64,000 bases of DNA. Source: Malacoraja senta (taxonomy: Eukaryota). The notes below the pieces were generated by a model. That model saw only the letters and a list, made by a program, of their open reading frames with translations, was not told the DNA's origin and did not search any database. Numbering within the stretch: the stretch's first letter is position 1; each line of letters starts with the position of its first letter. The stretch spans positions 4,218,001 through 4,282,000 of the forward strand of contig CM075997.1 in assembly GCA_038087875.1 (NCBI GenBank), read 5' to 3'. The translations under genes and the position numbers were made by a program. Positions 50,982 through 64,000 of the stretch are shown in pieces.

Positions 50982-51331
50982 AGAGGTGAGAGGGGAGATG
51001 GTAGAGGGGGAGAGGGGAGAAGGGGGAGGTGAGAGTGGAGAGGGAGAGGGGAGAAGGGGGAGGTGAGAGTGGGGAGGGAGAGGGAGAAGGGGGAGGTGAG
51101 AGTGGGGAGGGAGAGGGGACGGGAGAGGTGAGAGGGGGAGGAGAGGAGAGATAGTAGAGGGGAGAGGGAGATGGGGAGGAGAGGGGAGAAGGGGGAGTGG
51201 AGAGGGGGAGGAGAGGGGAGAAGGGGGAGGTGAGAGTGGGAGAGGGGGAGGAGAGGAGAGGGAGAGTGGAGAGGGGAGAAGGGGGAGGTGAGAGGGGAGA
51301 GGGGGAGGAGAGGGGAGAGGTGAGAGGGGAG
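50982..51331. repeat. Purine-rich (G/A) low-complexity tandem repeat
   Basis: Repeated gagaggggagaagggggaggtgagagt variants. Confidence 0.9.
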
Positions 51332-54300
51332 CTCAGAAACAGGCCTGTCGACCCAGGGAGTCCGCGCCGACCAGCGATCACCCCGTACTCTAGCACTATC
51401 CTACACACTAGAGACAATTTTTACTGAAGCCAATTAACCTACAAAACCTGCACATCTTTGGAGTGTGGGAGGAAACCAGAGCATCCGGAAGAAACCCACG
51501 CAGGTCACAGGGAGAACGTGCAAACTCCGTACAGACAGCACACATAGTCAGGATCAAACCCGGGACTCTGGCGCCGTGTAAGGAAACAACACTACCTCTG
51601 TGCCAGAAACTAAGAACTGCAGAAAGAAAGAACTGCAGATGCTGGTAAAACCGAAGATAGACACAAAATGCTGGAGTAACTCAGCGGGTCAAACAGCATC
51701 CTGGAGAGAAGGAATGGGTAACGTTTCGGGTCGAGTCTCGACCCGAAACATCACCCATTCCTTCTCTCCAGAGATGCTGCTTGACCCGCTGAGTAAAGCC
51801 CCTGTCCCACTTTCACAACCTAATTCACGACCTTTTTTACTCGTGGACATTTTTCATCAAGCTAGAAAAACGCCCCGACCTCCTTGATGCCACGAGTACC
51901 TACGGCCTGCCACGCCCTACCTACGACCTCCTACGACCTCGTGACGGCCATGCTGCGAGTATGAGTCAAGGGCAAACTCAGCAGAGGTCGTGAATTAGGT
52001 CGTGAAAGTGGGACAGACCCTATACTCCACCATTTTGTGTCTACTAAGAAGTGCAGATAGTGGCTTACCAAAAAAAAAGACACAAAGTGCTGGAGTAACT
52101 CAGCAGATCAGGCAGCACATCTGGAGAACATGGATAGGTGACGTTTCGGGTCAGGACCTTTCTTCAGACTGATTGTAGCAGGAGGAGAGAAAGCTGGTTG
52201 GGGAAGGCCAAAGCCTGGCATGCAGTCAGTAGATACAGGTGAGGGGGTTATAGGCAAATATTTGGACGAAGGCCAGAGAATTTTTTGAGCATGAAGACGT
52301 TTCGCCAGGTGGTGGAGAGTGTTAGTGGAGAGAAAGGGAAACGGAGTTTGTACGTTCTCACTGTGACTGCGTGGGTTTTCTCTGGGTTCCCCAGTTTCCT
52401 CCCACACTCCAAAGATGTGCAGGTTTGTCAGGTAATTTGCTTCAGTAAAGATTGTAAATTGTCCCTAGTGTGTGTAGGATAGTGGTAGTGTACGGGGATT
52501 GCAAGCCAGCATGGACTCAGTGGGCCAAAGGGCCTGTTTCCGCGCTGTATCTCTGAATGAAACACCTTTTTTACACCAGTTCTATGTCATCCCAATTTTT
52601 CCCTACACACCAGGGACAATCTACAGCTGCCAAACAACTTACAAACCCGCACGCCTTTGGGATGTGGGGAGAAACCGGTGCACCCGGAGAAAGCCCACGT
52701 GGTCACAGGGAGAACTCTGCACAGACACCACCGGAGGTCAGGATCAAACCCGGGTCTCTGGCCCGGTGAGGCAGCAGCTCTACCCGCTGCACCACTGTGC
52801 CGCCCATCTGTTACATCTATTATACCTATTGCTGCGATTTTTATTTCGTCATAATATCCATAAATTTGAGATTCTAACCCACGTTGACACTGCAAGTGAG
52901 CGCTGTAAATAAATTGTAAAAGCTGTGGCACCCATTTTCCACAAAGATGCCATCATGCCATCTAAAGATTTGCTCTTCTGGTATCTTAGGCAATATTTAT
53001 CTAACCACTGAAGTCAAGTCAAGTCAAGAGAGTTTATTGTTCAAGAAGGAACTGCAGATGCTGGAAAATCGAAGGTGGACAAAAATGCTGGAGAAACTCA
53101 GCGGGTGAGGCAGCATCTATGGAGCGAAGGAAATAGGCAACGTTTCGGGCCGACACCCTTCTTCAGACTGTCATGTTATTGTCATGTGTCCCAGATAGGA
53201 CAATGAAATTCTTGCTTGCTGCAGCACAACAGAATATTGTAAGCAAAAATACAGAACAGGTCAGTTCAATAACTGATAGTTTTGTCACTCGCTGTGACTT
53301 ACTTTGCACAAAATGGTCCCGGGGAAAACCCACGCAGGTCACGGGGAGAACGTACAAACTCCGTACAGACAGCGCCCGTAGTCGAGCAGCAGCTCTACCG
53401 CTGCGCCAACGTGCCGCTCAGAAATAATCGGTGTTGTAAAAGGGACATTCATTCACTGTGGGTGACTTTAGTCATCATGTATGCTGGTGTAACTCAATAT
53501 GCTGGTGTAACTCAATGGGGCAGGCAGCATCTCTGGAGATAAGGAGTAGGTGATGTTTCGGGTCGAGACCCTTCTTCAGCCTGAAAGTGGAGGTGGAAGG
53601 TGGAAAGGAGGGCGGGGAGGAGGGGGGGTGATAAACTGGAGGGGAAAGAAGGCCAGAACAAATCAGGGCCAGCAACAGGTGACCTCAGGAAGGGTGGAGC
53701 CCACAATGGCCCATTGTTGGTTGGGGAAGGTGTGATAACAAGAGGGATACAAGGATGTGAACAGTGGAACAGGGAGGACGACTAGGATGGGGAGGCGGGA
53801 GAGAATTCTCTGCCTCAGAGGGCGGTGGAGGCCGGTTCTCTGGATGCTTTCAAGAGAGGGCTAGATAGGGCTCTTAAAAATAGCGGAGTCAGGGGATATG
53901 GGGAGAAGGCAGGAACGGGGTACTGATTGGGGATGATCAACCATGATCACATTGAATGGCGGTGCTGGCTCGAAGGGCCGAATGGCCTACTCCTGCACTT
54001 TTTGTCTATTTAGAGGGAATGGAGGAGTCATTTTGTATCTATATGTTCATAAGCAAAAGGAGCTGAATTAGGCCATTCGGCCCATCGTCTACTCCACCTT
54101 GCAATCATGGCTGATCTATCTTCCCCATTCTCCTGCCTTCTCCCCATAACCCCTGACGCCCGTACTAATCAAGAATCTATCAATCTTCACCGTAAAAATA
54201 TCCATTGACTTGGCCTCCACAGCCTTCTGTGCCAATGAATTCCACAGATTCACCACCTTCTGACTAAAGAACCTCCTCCTCATCTCCTTCCTAAAAGTAC

Positions 54301-54957
54301 GTCTTTTTATTCTGAGGCTGTGACCTCTGGTCCTAGACTCTCCCACTAGTGGAAATATTCTCTTCACATCCACTCTATCCATGTCTCTACCTTTGGTGTA
54401 AACCAGGGTCCACAGTTCCTTCCTACTCATTCTTCTTCTTCTTCTTGCGTATGGCGTGCACAGCCTAAAGTTGTTAGACAACTTGTTCTGTTTGATCTTC
54501 TGTTTGTGCACGCCAGGTTGATTGCATTCGTCGAAACAGGGTGGACCACGTGAAGGTTGCAATCTCCCACCCCACCTGTAACACATTTAGTCTTTGTGTT
54601 ACTTGGTTAGTCAAGTTGGAAAAGGTCGTTGTGAAGATGAAATGACAGAGTGCACTTGGGATTGTCCTCCAGAACAATGCACTGTGAAGCCAACTAGTGA
54701 ACAAGCCAACGTGGGTCAGGTTATGTGTAACATTACAGGTTTAATCAATGATTACAGAGTAAAACATCAACCCAAGAACACTAAACAGGTGGTGCTGCGG
54801 TAGAGTTGTTGCCTCACAGCGCCAGAGACCCCGGTTCGAACCTGACTACGGGTGCTGTCTGTACTGAGTTTGTACGTTCTCCCCATGACCTGCATGGCTT
54901 TTCCCTGAGATCTTCGGATTCCTCCCACACTCCAAAGATGTACAGGTTTGCAGGTTA

Positions 54958-55298
54958 AAGCCCTGTCCCACAGTACGAGTTCATTCCAAGAGTTTTTTTT
55001 TTAATTCCCCGAGTTTTAAAAAAATCAAACTCGTGGTAAGCACGGAGAATGAACGTAGCGGGTACGTCGGAGCTCAGAGACGTCTCTTAGTGGCTCGTAA
55101 CGCTAACGGCAGGTACTCGGGAAGACTCGCTAACGGCAGGTAAGCACGGGAAGACTCGTGAAGATTTTTCAAGATGATGAAAAATGTCCACGAGAGCCCC
55201 GAGTACCGACGAGTGGCCATTACCGTAAATCTCTGAGTTCGAATCAGGGCAAACTCGGGAGAACTCTTGGAATGAACTCGTACCGTGGGACAGGGCTA
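54958..55298. mobile_element. Second Harbinger-like MITE family nested in a SINE (related copy at about 22133-22450)
   Basis: TIR AGCCCTGTCCCAC-GTACGAGTTCATTCCAAGAG with its reverse complement at the other end; TTA flanks; SINE sequence resumes afterwards. Confidence 0.75.
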
Positions 55299-58200
55299 TT
55301 AATTTGCTCGGTATAAATGTAGATTGTCTCTCATGTGTGTAGGATAGTGTTCGTGTACGGGGATTGCTGGGCTGCATGGAATTGCTGGGCTGAAAGGCCT
55401 GTTTCTGCGCTGTATCTTTAAATCAAGCTAAACTAAACAAGAAAATAGGAGCAGGAGTTGGCTACCTAGCCTCGATCAATATGTGCCTGACTCTCCACCT
55501 AGGTCTCAACTACTCTTTCGTTCTAGTTCCCCGTGACACTCATTCTAGATCTCCCGGTTGCCAAACACTTTAACTCCCCCTCCCATTCCCACACTGACCT
55601 TTCTGTCCTGGGCCTCCTCCACTGTCAGAGTGAGGCCCAGCGCAAACTGGAAGAAACAGCACCTCATAATTTGCTTGGGCAGCTTACACCCCAGCAGTAT
55701 GAACATAGACTTCTCTAACTTTAAGTAACTCCTGCATTCCCTCTCCAACTCTTCCCCCACCCAAGTCTTCCTACTAGTTCCACTGATCGCATCCTTGTAC
55801 CCCTTCGTTATCACCTCTTCCCCAGCCAACAATGGCCCATTGTGGGCTTCACCATTTAGTTTAGGTAGAGATACAGCACGGAAACAGGCCCTTCGGCCTA
55901 CCAGGTCCGCGCCGACCAGCGATCCCCGCACACTAACACTATCCTAACCACAAAAGCGACAATTTTTACATTTACCAAGCCAAATTAACCTACAAACCTG
56001 TACGTCTTTGGAGTGTGGGAGGTAACCGAAGATCTTGGGGAAAACCCACGCAGGTCACGGGGAGAACGTACAAACTCCGTACAGACAGCACCCGTAGTCA
56101 GGATCGAACCTGGGTCTCCAGCGCTACATCTCTACCGCTGACCCTCCGTGCCGCCCACAGTTTGTACGTTCTCCCTGTGTGTTTTCTCCGGGTACTCGGA
56201 TTCCTCCCACACTCCAAAGAGTTTTTTGTAGGTGAATTGGCTTCGGAGAAATTGTAAATTGTCCCCAGCAGGTGTAGGATAGTGCGAGTGTACGGGGTGA
56301 TCTCTGGTCGGCGTGGACTTGATGGGTCGCAGGGCCTGTTTGCATCTAAATTCTCCAGAGATGCTGCATGACCCGCTGAGTTACTCTAGCAATTTGTGAC
56401 TTTCCTTCCTTTATTAAACGCTTCAGTGTCGCAAGTGATCGTGAATATTCCCCAACCAACCAACTAAAGTATAGTTATTAGACAGACAAGGCTCCAGTCC
56501 GATTGCAATCACGTATTGTCTCTCCGCTGACTGGATAGCATGCAACAAAGGCTTTTCACTGTACCTCGGTACACGTGACAATAAACTAAACTGTAACTTT
56601 AGAAGGATGAGAGGGAATCTAATTGAAACATATAAGATTTTTAAGGGTTTGGACACGCTAGAGGCAGGAAACATGTTCCCGAAGGTACACAAAAATGCTG
56701 GAGAAACTTAGCGGGTGCAGCAGCATCTATGGAGCGAAGGAAATAGGCAACGTTTCGGGCCGAAACCCTTCTTCAGACTGACTTCAGACGTCATAAAGAC
56801 TCAGGGTTTCGGCCCGAAACGTTGCCTATTTCCTTCGCTCCATAGATGCTGCTGCACCCGCTGAGTTTCTCCAGCATTTTTGTGTACCTTCGATTTTCCA
56901 GCATCTGCAGTTCCTTCTTTAGCAACATGTTCCCGATGTTGGGGGAGTCCAGAACCAGGGGCCACAGTTTAAGAATAAGGAGTAAGCCATTTAGAACGGA
57001 GACGAGGAAACACTTTTTCTCACAGAGAGTGGTGAGTCTGTGGAATTCTCTGCCTCAGGAGGCAGGTTCTCTGGATGCTTTCAAGAGAGAGCTGGATAGG
57101 GCTCTTGAAAATAGCGGAGTCAGGGGATATGGGGAGAAGGCAGGAACGGGGTACTGATTGGGGATGATCAGCCATGATCACATTGAATGGCGGTGCTGGC
57201 TCGAAGGGCCGAATGGCCTACTCCTGCACCTATTGTCTATTGTCTATAACTGTAACTTGAAGGTAGACACAAAATGCTGGAATAACAATCGCTGAGTTAC
57301 TCCAGCATTTTGTGTCTAGCTTCGATTTAAACCAGCATCTGCAGTTCTTTCTTACACATTTTGTAACTGTAACTTCCTTTCGCATCCTTACTTTTTTATG
57401 CTTATCTTTCATTCACGTGTTCTATATCTCGCTATCCCACCGTCCATATCTCTCGTTTCCCTCTCCCCTGACTCTCAGGCTGAAGAAGGGTCTCGACCCC
57501 GAAACGTCACCCATTGCTTCTCTCCAGAGATGCTGCCTGTCCCGCTGAGTTACCCCGGCTTTATGTGTCTGTCTCCGTCATAAAGACTCAGCATCCCTCG
57601 TGCATAAAGTCACCATTAAACAAAATAACACAGGCAAACTGATTGTGTGGCAGAGAATGATCAGAATTGAAATGCCCGCAGCTGAAGAATGCTTAAAGAG
57701 ACCTTGCATGGCATGTTTAATGCAGCATTTGTGTAGGGGGTGGGGTGGGCTGGGGTGGTAGACCCACTGAAATTCGTTCCCAGCCAGGCACAATTCCCCA
57801 GATGTTGGGAGCAACATGTGGTTGATGGGGGTAGGGTGGTTGTCCTACACAAAGCAGCCTATGTGTGTGCATTACACCGCTTCATTCAGTGCGTGCGTGC
57901 CAGGCTCCGTGTTGCAGAGAGGGAGGATGCCGATGTTACTGCTTCACCAGTGCCAACTGAGCAAAATTCCCTCTCCCGCCCTGCGGGCACTCCTAGAACC
58001 GTGGAAACAGGCCCTTCGGCCCACCGAGTCCGTGCCGACCAGCAATCACACTATCGTATCCTACACACGCGCGATACAATTCACAATTTGTACCGAAGCC
58101 AATTAACCTACAAACCTGCACGTCTTTGGAGTGTGGGGGAAAACCCATGCAGGTCTTCACAGGGAGAACGTGCAAACTCCACACGGTAGAGTTGCTGCCT

Positions 58201-59635
58201 TACACTGTGGTGGATGTTTATGTTAACTTTGATGTAGTTGTGTGTCTTGTTGCTTTTTGTTTGGCATGGCCAAATTTCACTGTACCTCAATTGGTACACG
58301 TGACAATAAACTGACCTTGAAACCTTGAATTAGGCTATTCGGCCCATCAAGTCTACTCCGCCATTCAATCATGACTGATCTACCTTTCCCTCAACCCCGT
58401 TCTCCTGCCTTCTCCCCGTAACCCCTGACACTCGTACTAATCAAGAATCTATCAATCTCCGCCTTAAAAATATCCACTGGCTTCGGCCTCCACAGCCGTC
58501 TGTGGCAATGAATTCCACAGATTCTCCACCCTCTGATTGAAGAAATTCCTCCTCATATCTCATCTGTGTAAAATCATGAGAGGAATCGATCGGGTAGATT
58601 CTCTTGCCCAGAGAAGGGCAATCGAGGACCAGAGGACATAGGTTCAAGGTGAAGGGGAAACGATTTAATAGGAATCTGAGGGGTAACTTTTTCACACAAA
58701 GGGTGGTGGGTGTATGGAACGAGCTGCCAGAGGAGGTCGTTGAGGCAGGGATTATTCCAATGTTTAGGAAGCAGTTAGACAGGTTCATGGATTGGTCAGG
58801 TTTGGAGGGATACGGAGCAAAACGCAGGCAGGTAGGACTAGTGTAGCTGGGACATGTTGGTGGGTGTGGGCGAGTTGAGCCGAAGGGCCTGTTTCCATGC
58901 TATATCACTCTATGACTCCGTTCTGAAGGTACGTTCGAAAATCACGAGGCCGTGGCTCTGGTAAACCGGGGCAATCCCTTGTGTCGCCCTCCACGCTTTG
59001 ACCCCGCCCTCCCACTCGCTACGTCCGAGTGGCATTTGCCGATTACTTGGGAATAATGTCACAGTTCATCATTCCCAACAGCCGCTCAAGTGTTGTTAAG
59101 TCTGGTGCTGGAGCGACTGATCGTCATAGTAACAAGTTGAAGATTACTGAGGCTCTGTGTACAACTCTGGGCCAGATAAATAGTTTTGAATGGCTTTTTA
59201 TGAGAGGGGAACAAAGAGCACACTATTTCAGCCTGGCAGACGTTCAATTATTCAAGTTAGACAAAGAAATACAACACAGTATTGTCACTGATAACATAAA
59301 CCTTGCTTGGACTCAATATTGGCTTGGTTGCATGATAATCATCAACGCTCCCACAAGGAAGGTTGCCTTGGTCACCACTGATAATGTTGCAATGTTGTTG
59401 CTGTGAACTGGGGCCTGAAGAGATACCGTCCCATATCTGGAATCCAGCACCAATTCTAGTATCTGCAGTCTCTTGTGTCTCGATAGTTGAACCTCATTGA
59501 TCAGAGCAGATGTGCAGGAAGGAACTGCAGACGGTGGTTTAAATCGAAGATGGATACAAGATGCTGGAGTAACTCAACGGGACAGGCAGCATCTCTGGAG
59601 AGAAGGAATGGGTGACGTTTTGGGTCGAGACTCTT

Positions 59636-59807
59636 CAGTCTGAAGAAGGGTCTCGACCCAAAACGTCACCCATTCCTTCAGTCTGAAGAAGGGTCTCGAC
59701 CCAAAACGTCACCCATTCCTTCAGTCTGAAGAAGGGTCTCGACCCAAAACATCACCCATTCCTTCAGTCTGAAGAAGGGTCTCGACACAAAACGTCACCC
59801 ATTCCTT
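59636..59807 (+). repeat. 4 x 43-nt tandem array of the hammerhead-like unit
   Basis: cagtctgaagaagggtctcgacccaaaacgtcacccattcctt starts at 59636, 59679, 59722 and 59765. Confidence 0.9.
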
Positions 59808-61699
59808 CTCACCAGAGATGCTGCCTGTCCCGCTGAGTTACTCAGTCAGTCAGCCAGTTTTATTCGTCACTTGCGCACAAAGTGCAAGTGAAATGAATTT
59901 GCCAGCAGCGGTACAATAAAAAAAGAACACACAATACACAATTTAACACAAACATCCACCACAGCATTCATCACTGTGGTGGAAGGCACAAAATTTGGCC
60001 AGTCCTCCTCCATTTTCCCCCGTGGTCGGGACCACAACCCTCCGCAGTCGCTGCTGCGGGCGTCCAGACAAGGTAAGTCCAGGTAAGTCCTGAACCGGTG
60101 CCTCCCCACCGGGGACCGTGGCTTCAAGATGGTGTAGGCCGCAGGCCGGCGGGCCAAGATCTAAAGTCCCCGCCACGCCGCAGCCAGAAGCACCGCAGAC
60201 CGCAGGGCCGGCGGTTGGAGCACTTCTCCAGGGGTCCCCGGCGAGGGATCCCGCTCCGGAAGGTAAGTCCCCGCCGCGCCCCCAGTTAGAAGTAGGCTGC
60301 GGGCCGGTGGTCGGAGCTCATCTCCTCCGGGGTCCCCAACGAGGGATCCCAGGCTCCAGACGTCACGCCGGCAGGAAGCACCGCAGACCGCGGCTTCTGG
60401 ATGAAGTAGGCCGCGGGCATTTTGTGTATATTATTGATCGCAGAAGGTTGCATGCAAGGGATGTTCTCTATGATACTTCCAGAGAGACGGTCATGAAGTC
60501 ACAGAACACTGGAATGGGCCATTTGGCCCCTCATATCCATACTGGATTTCATGCCCATCAACAATAATTCTATTTGCCTTTCCAATATCACCCCATAACT
60601 AACGTTTTAAGGGGAGCACGGTGGTGCAGCTGGTAAAGCTGCTGCCTCACAGCGCCAGAAACCTGGATTTGATGCCAACCTCAGGTGCTATCTGTGTGGA
60701 GTTTGCCTGTTCTCCTTCAGACCACGAAGGTTTCTTCCAGGAGTTCCTGTTTCTTTAGACTTTGGTTTGGTTTTGGTTTTTGGAGTGTGGGAGGAAACCG
60801 GAGAGCGCGGAGAAAATCCACGGGGAGAACGTACAAACTCTGCACAGACAGCACACATAGTCAGGATGGATCTGATGTGAAACCAAAGTGTTGTCTGGCC
60901 TTGTCTGAACAGAGAGGGCAGCACAGTGCTGCAGCTGATAGAAGCACTACCCTGCAGTGCTGCCTTACAGCGCCAGAGACCCGGGTTCGATTCTGACCTC
61001 GGGTACCGTCTGTGCGGAGTTTGCACGTTCTCCCTGTGGGTTTCCTCTGGTTGCTCCACATCCCAAAGGCGTGCGGGTTTGTAGGTCAATCGGCCCTCTG
61101 CAAATCGCCCCTAGTGTGTAGGGAGTGGATGGGAAAGTGGGATAACATAGAACTACTGTGAATGGGTCGGCGTGGACTCGGTGGGCCGAAGGGCCTGTTT
61201 CCGTGCACTGCGGTATCTCTAAGCTGAAAGATCATTTTGAGAAAGAGAAGTGTTGTTTTTGCCAAGCCGATTTAAAAATAATTCCCTCTCTGGCCTGGCC
61301 TGGTGCTGCCTGGCCTGCTAAGTATTCTGTCATAGTGACAGCCCCTGGCTGTAGAGCATCTTGGGATGATTTCTCTTTCCGTGACTGCGAGGGAGTTGCA
61401 CGCAGCTTTTGTTTCTTTCGGTGCTCAGACCTCATCAAAAGCTGGGAGGCACAAGTGTGGCCGAGGAGTAACGAGCCTGATTCAACTCGAATTTAGATTC
61501 TGCCAAAACTAATGCAGCCAAATTGCTTGGGAGGTGGGGATGTTTCAACGACACATGACTAAGTGCTGACTCAGTCCTCCAGTCTGTACCACCCAGTGCG
61601 AAACCAGACAGCCTGCATCGAATCATTTCAGGTTCCGACTATGACAGACTATCACATATTCCGACTGAAACCGTAACTTTCTATTTTTATGAGTTCATT

Positions 61700-62210
61700 T
61701 TATCGGGATGCGTCAGGGCATGGTTTGGGAACAGTTCCATCCAAGACTACAAGACATTGCAGAGAATTGTGGACGCAGCCCAGACCATCACACACACCAA
61801 CCTCCCTTCCAATGACTCCATCTATACCTCACGCTGCCTCGGCAAGGCCAGCAGCATAATCAAGGACCAGTCTCTCTTCTCCCCTCTCCCATCGGGCAAA
61901 AGGTATTGAAGTGTGAAAACGCACACCTCCAGATTCAGGAACAGTTTCTTCCCCGCTGTTATCAGGCAACTGAACCATCCTACCACAACCAGAGAGCGGT
62001 CCTGAACTACTATCTATCTCATTGGTGTCCATTGAACTATCTTTGATCGGACTTTGCTGGCTTTACCTTGCACTAAACGTTATTCCCTTATCATGTATCT
62101 GTACACAGTGGATGGCTCGATTGTAATCATGTATTGTCTTGCCGCTGACTGGTTAGCACGCAACAAAAGTTTTTCACTGTACCTCGGTACACGTGACAAT
62201 AAACTGAACT
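61700..62210 (+). mobile_element. Rex1/Babar-like LINE 3' fragment
   Basis: Degenerate WFGN..LQRIV..LPS..LPSGKR..RFRNSFFP C-terminus followed by the 3' tail acacgtgacaataaac. Confidence 0.65.
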
Positions 62211-64000
62211 GAACAGGAACGCTAGCTTCTGCTTCCTCGGTTTCATCATTCATTGGATATTACTCACCTTGGGGATGTTGTGCTGAACTCATGTTTGAAA
62301 GTTCAGTCATGAGTTGCGGGGGGTGTTCTAAATGCTCTTGTCAAAGGCTGGGTGAATCATAGTCATAGAGTCATCCAGCATGACAACGGCCCTTTCTCAT
62401 CCACTCCCTACACACTAGGGGCAATTTACAGAGGGCCATTTAACCTACAAACCAGCAAGTCTTTGGGATGAGGGAACAGGAGCACCCGGGGGAAACCGGT
62501 GTGTTCACGGGTAGAACGTGCAGACTCCACACAGACAGCACCCGAGGGCAGGATCGAACCGGGGTCTCTGGCGCAGTGAGGCTGCAGCTCTACCCGCTGC
62601 GCCACCGTGCACCGAGATGGAATGAAAGTCTTTTGTTTGCCTGCTGCCCAGTTAAATGATGGGTCTGAAGAAGGGTCTCGACCCGAAGCGTCACCCATTC
62701 CTTCTCTCCAGAGATGCTGCCTGTCCCGCTGAGTTGCTCCAGCTTTTTGTGTCTGTAGGGCCTGTTTCCACGCTGGATGTAAAGTAACATAACTTGCCTG
62801 ACTTCTGACCTGCTGAGGCCGACACCATTGTGTTTGACCGGTCTAAGTGTGGTTCTCGTGGACGGTGACCTCTAGATGGTGAGGGTGAAGGACTTGGCAA
62901 TGATAATGCCACTGAATGTGAAAGACAACAGGTTAAACATTTACTAGCCTGGGATAATCATTGTCTAGCGCTTTGTGCCACAGAGGTTATTTGCCATTTG
63001 TCTATCCATGACCGCTTGTTATCCAGGTCTTGCTGCAGGCAAACACCGACTGATTTATTGCTTTGGAGAGAAACAAAAAATAAAATTGAATATGGTGCGT
63101 TCATGCCCAGACCTCCTCCTTTCCGATCATACGATGGAGATAAGGTTGAGGAAGAGGATGAAGGTTGTTGGGCAAAGATACAATGGGCGGGCAGGGTGGC
63201 ACAGCTGGTAGAGCTTCTGCCTCACAGTGCCAGAGACCCGGGTTCGATACTGATCTCCAATGCTGTTTAAGGTATATGGACACACTGATCTGTTTTGTAG
63301 TAAATGCCTACTATGTTCTGTGTGCTGAAGCAAAGCAAGAATTTCATTGTCCTATCAGGGACACATGACAATAAACTCACTTGAACTTGAACTTGAGGTA
63401 GACAAAAATGCAGGAGAAACTCAGCGGGTGAGGCAGCATCTATGGAGCGAAGGAATAGGCGACGTTTCGGGTCGAGACTGATGTTTATTTGAGTTTGCAT
63501 GTCCGCCCAGTGACCGCGTGGGTTTCCTCCGGGTGCTCCGGTTTCCTCCCACATCCCAAAGACGTGCGGGCTTCATATTGCCCCAAGGGTGTCGGGAGTG
63601 GATGAGAAAGTGGGATAGCATAGCACTAGTGTGAACTGATGACAGACAGAAAGTGCTGGAGTGACCCAGCGGGTCAGGCAGCATCTGTGGACAAAAGGAA
63701 TAGGCGACGTTTCGGGTCGAGGCCCCTCTTCAGACTGAAACCACGGATTTCTCCAGAGATGCTGCCTGTCCCGCTGAGTTACTCCAGCATTTTGTGTCTA
63801 TCAGAAGTCTATTACCCTGTTCCTATACAATGATCCAGCGCTTACAAACTCAATGAGAATGGATTTCCTTCTGGACCCCCTGTTCTATTGTAATAGTGGG
63901 ATTGTCAACATTACAACTATCACCTAAATACCATCTACAATCGAGTTCAGTTCCTAAATATGTGTCTCTTACCCACTTCGAACTCCCAGCAGCCCAGCTA

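Noticed and set aside
59636..59807. CRISPR-like array
   Set aside because: Eukaryotic context, no unique spacers, and the unit derives from the Penelope terminal repeat.

Overview
This is vertebrate genomic DNA. The repeat content (tRNA-headed V-SINE-like SINEs, Penelope-like elements, CR1, RTE-X, Rex-Babar) suggests a cartilaginous fish such as a skate or ray; this is inference. Two 200-N gaps (14047-14246, 40685-40884) split the window into three contigs. Two hnRNP L paralogs lie in opposite orientation. On the + strand, coding exons 2-13 of an intact hnRNP L gene run 18428-35727 (about 501 aa without exon 1), with a U12-type AT-AC intron 4 and a stop-containing poison exon 6A behind a CA-rich tract in a repeat-free intron 6. 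On the - strand, exons 3-6 of a diverged hnRNP L-like gene run 8446-990 and continue off the window, keeping the same AT-AC intron. An orphan hnRNP L-type first exon (MAGRHQAKRFRLDR) lies on the - strand at 42354-42313, next to an 8-copy CCAAT/GC-box array. This implies either a mis-oriented or misplaced middle contig, or a real nested antisense arrangement. Other notable items: four inverted repeats in the GC-rich island at 13.4-13.9 kb, a Penelope-derived insertion whose target-site duplication copied a U12 donor, a near-intact Penelope-like element (RT + GIY-YIG), and many short fold-back derivatives with minimal hammerhead-like cores. I found no host exons in 43-64 kb, which is mostly transposon debris.
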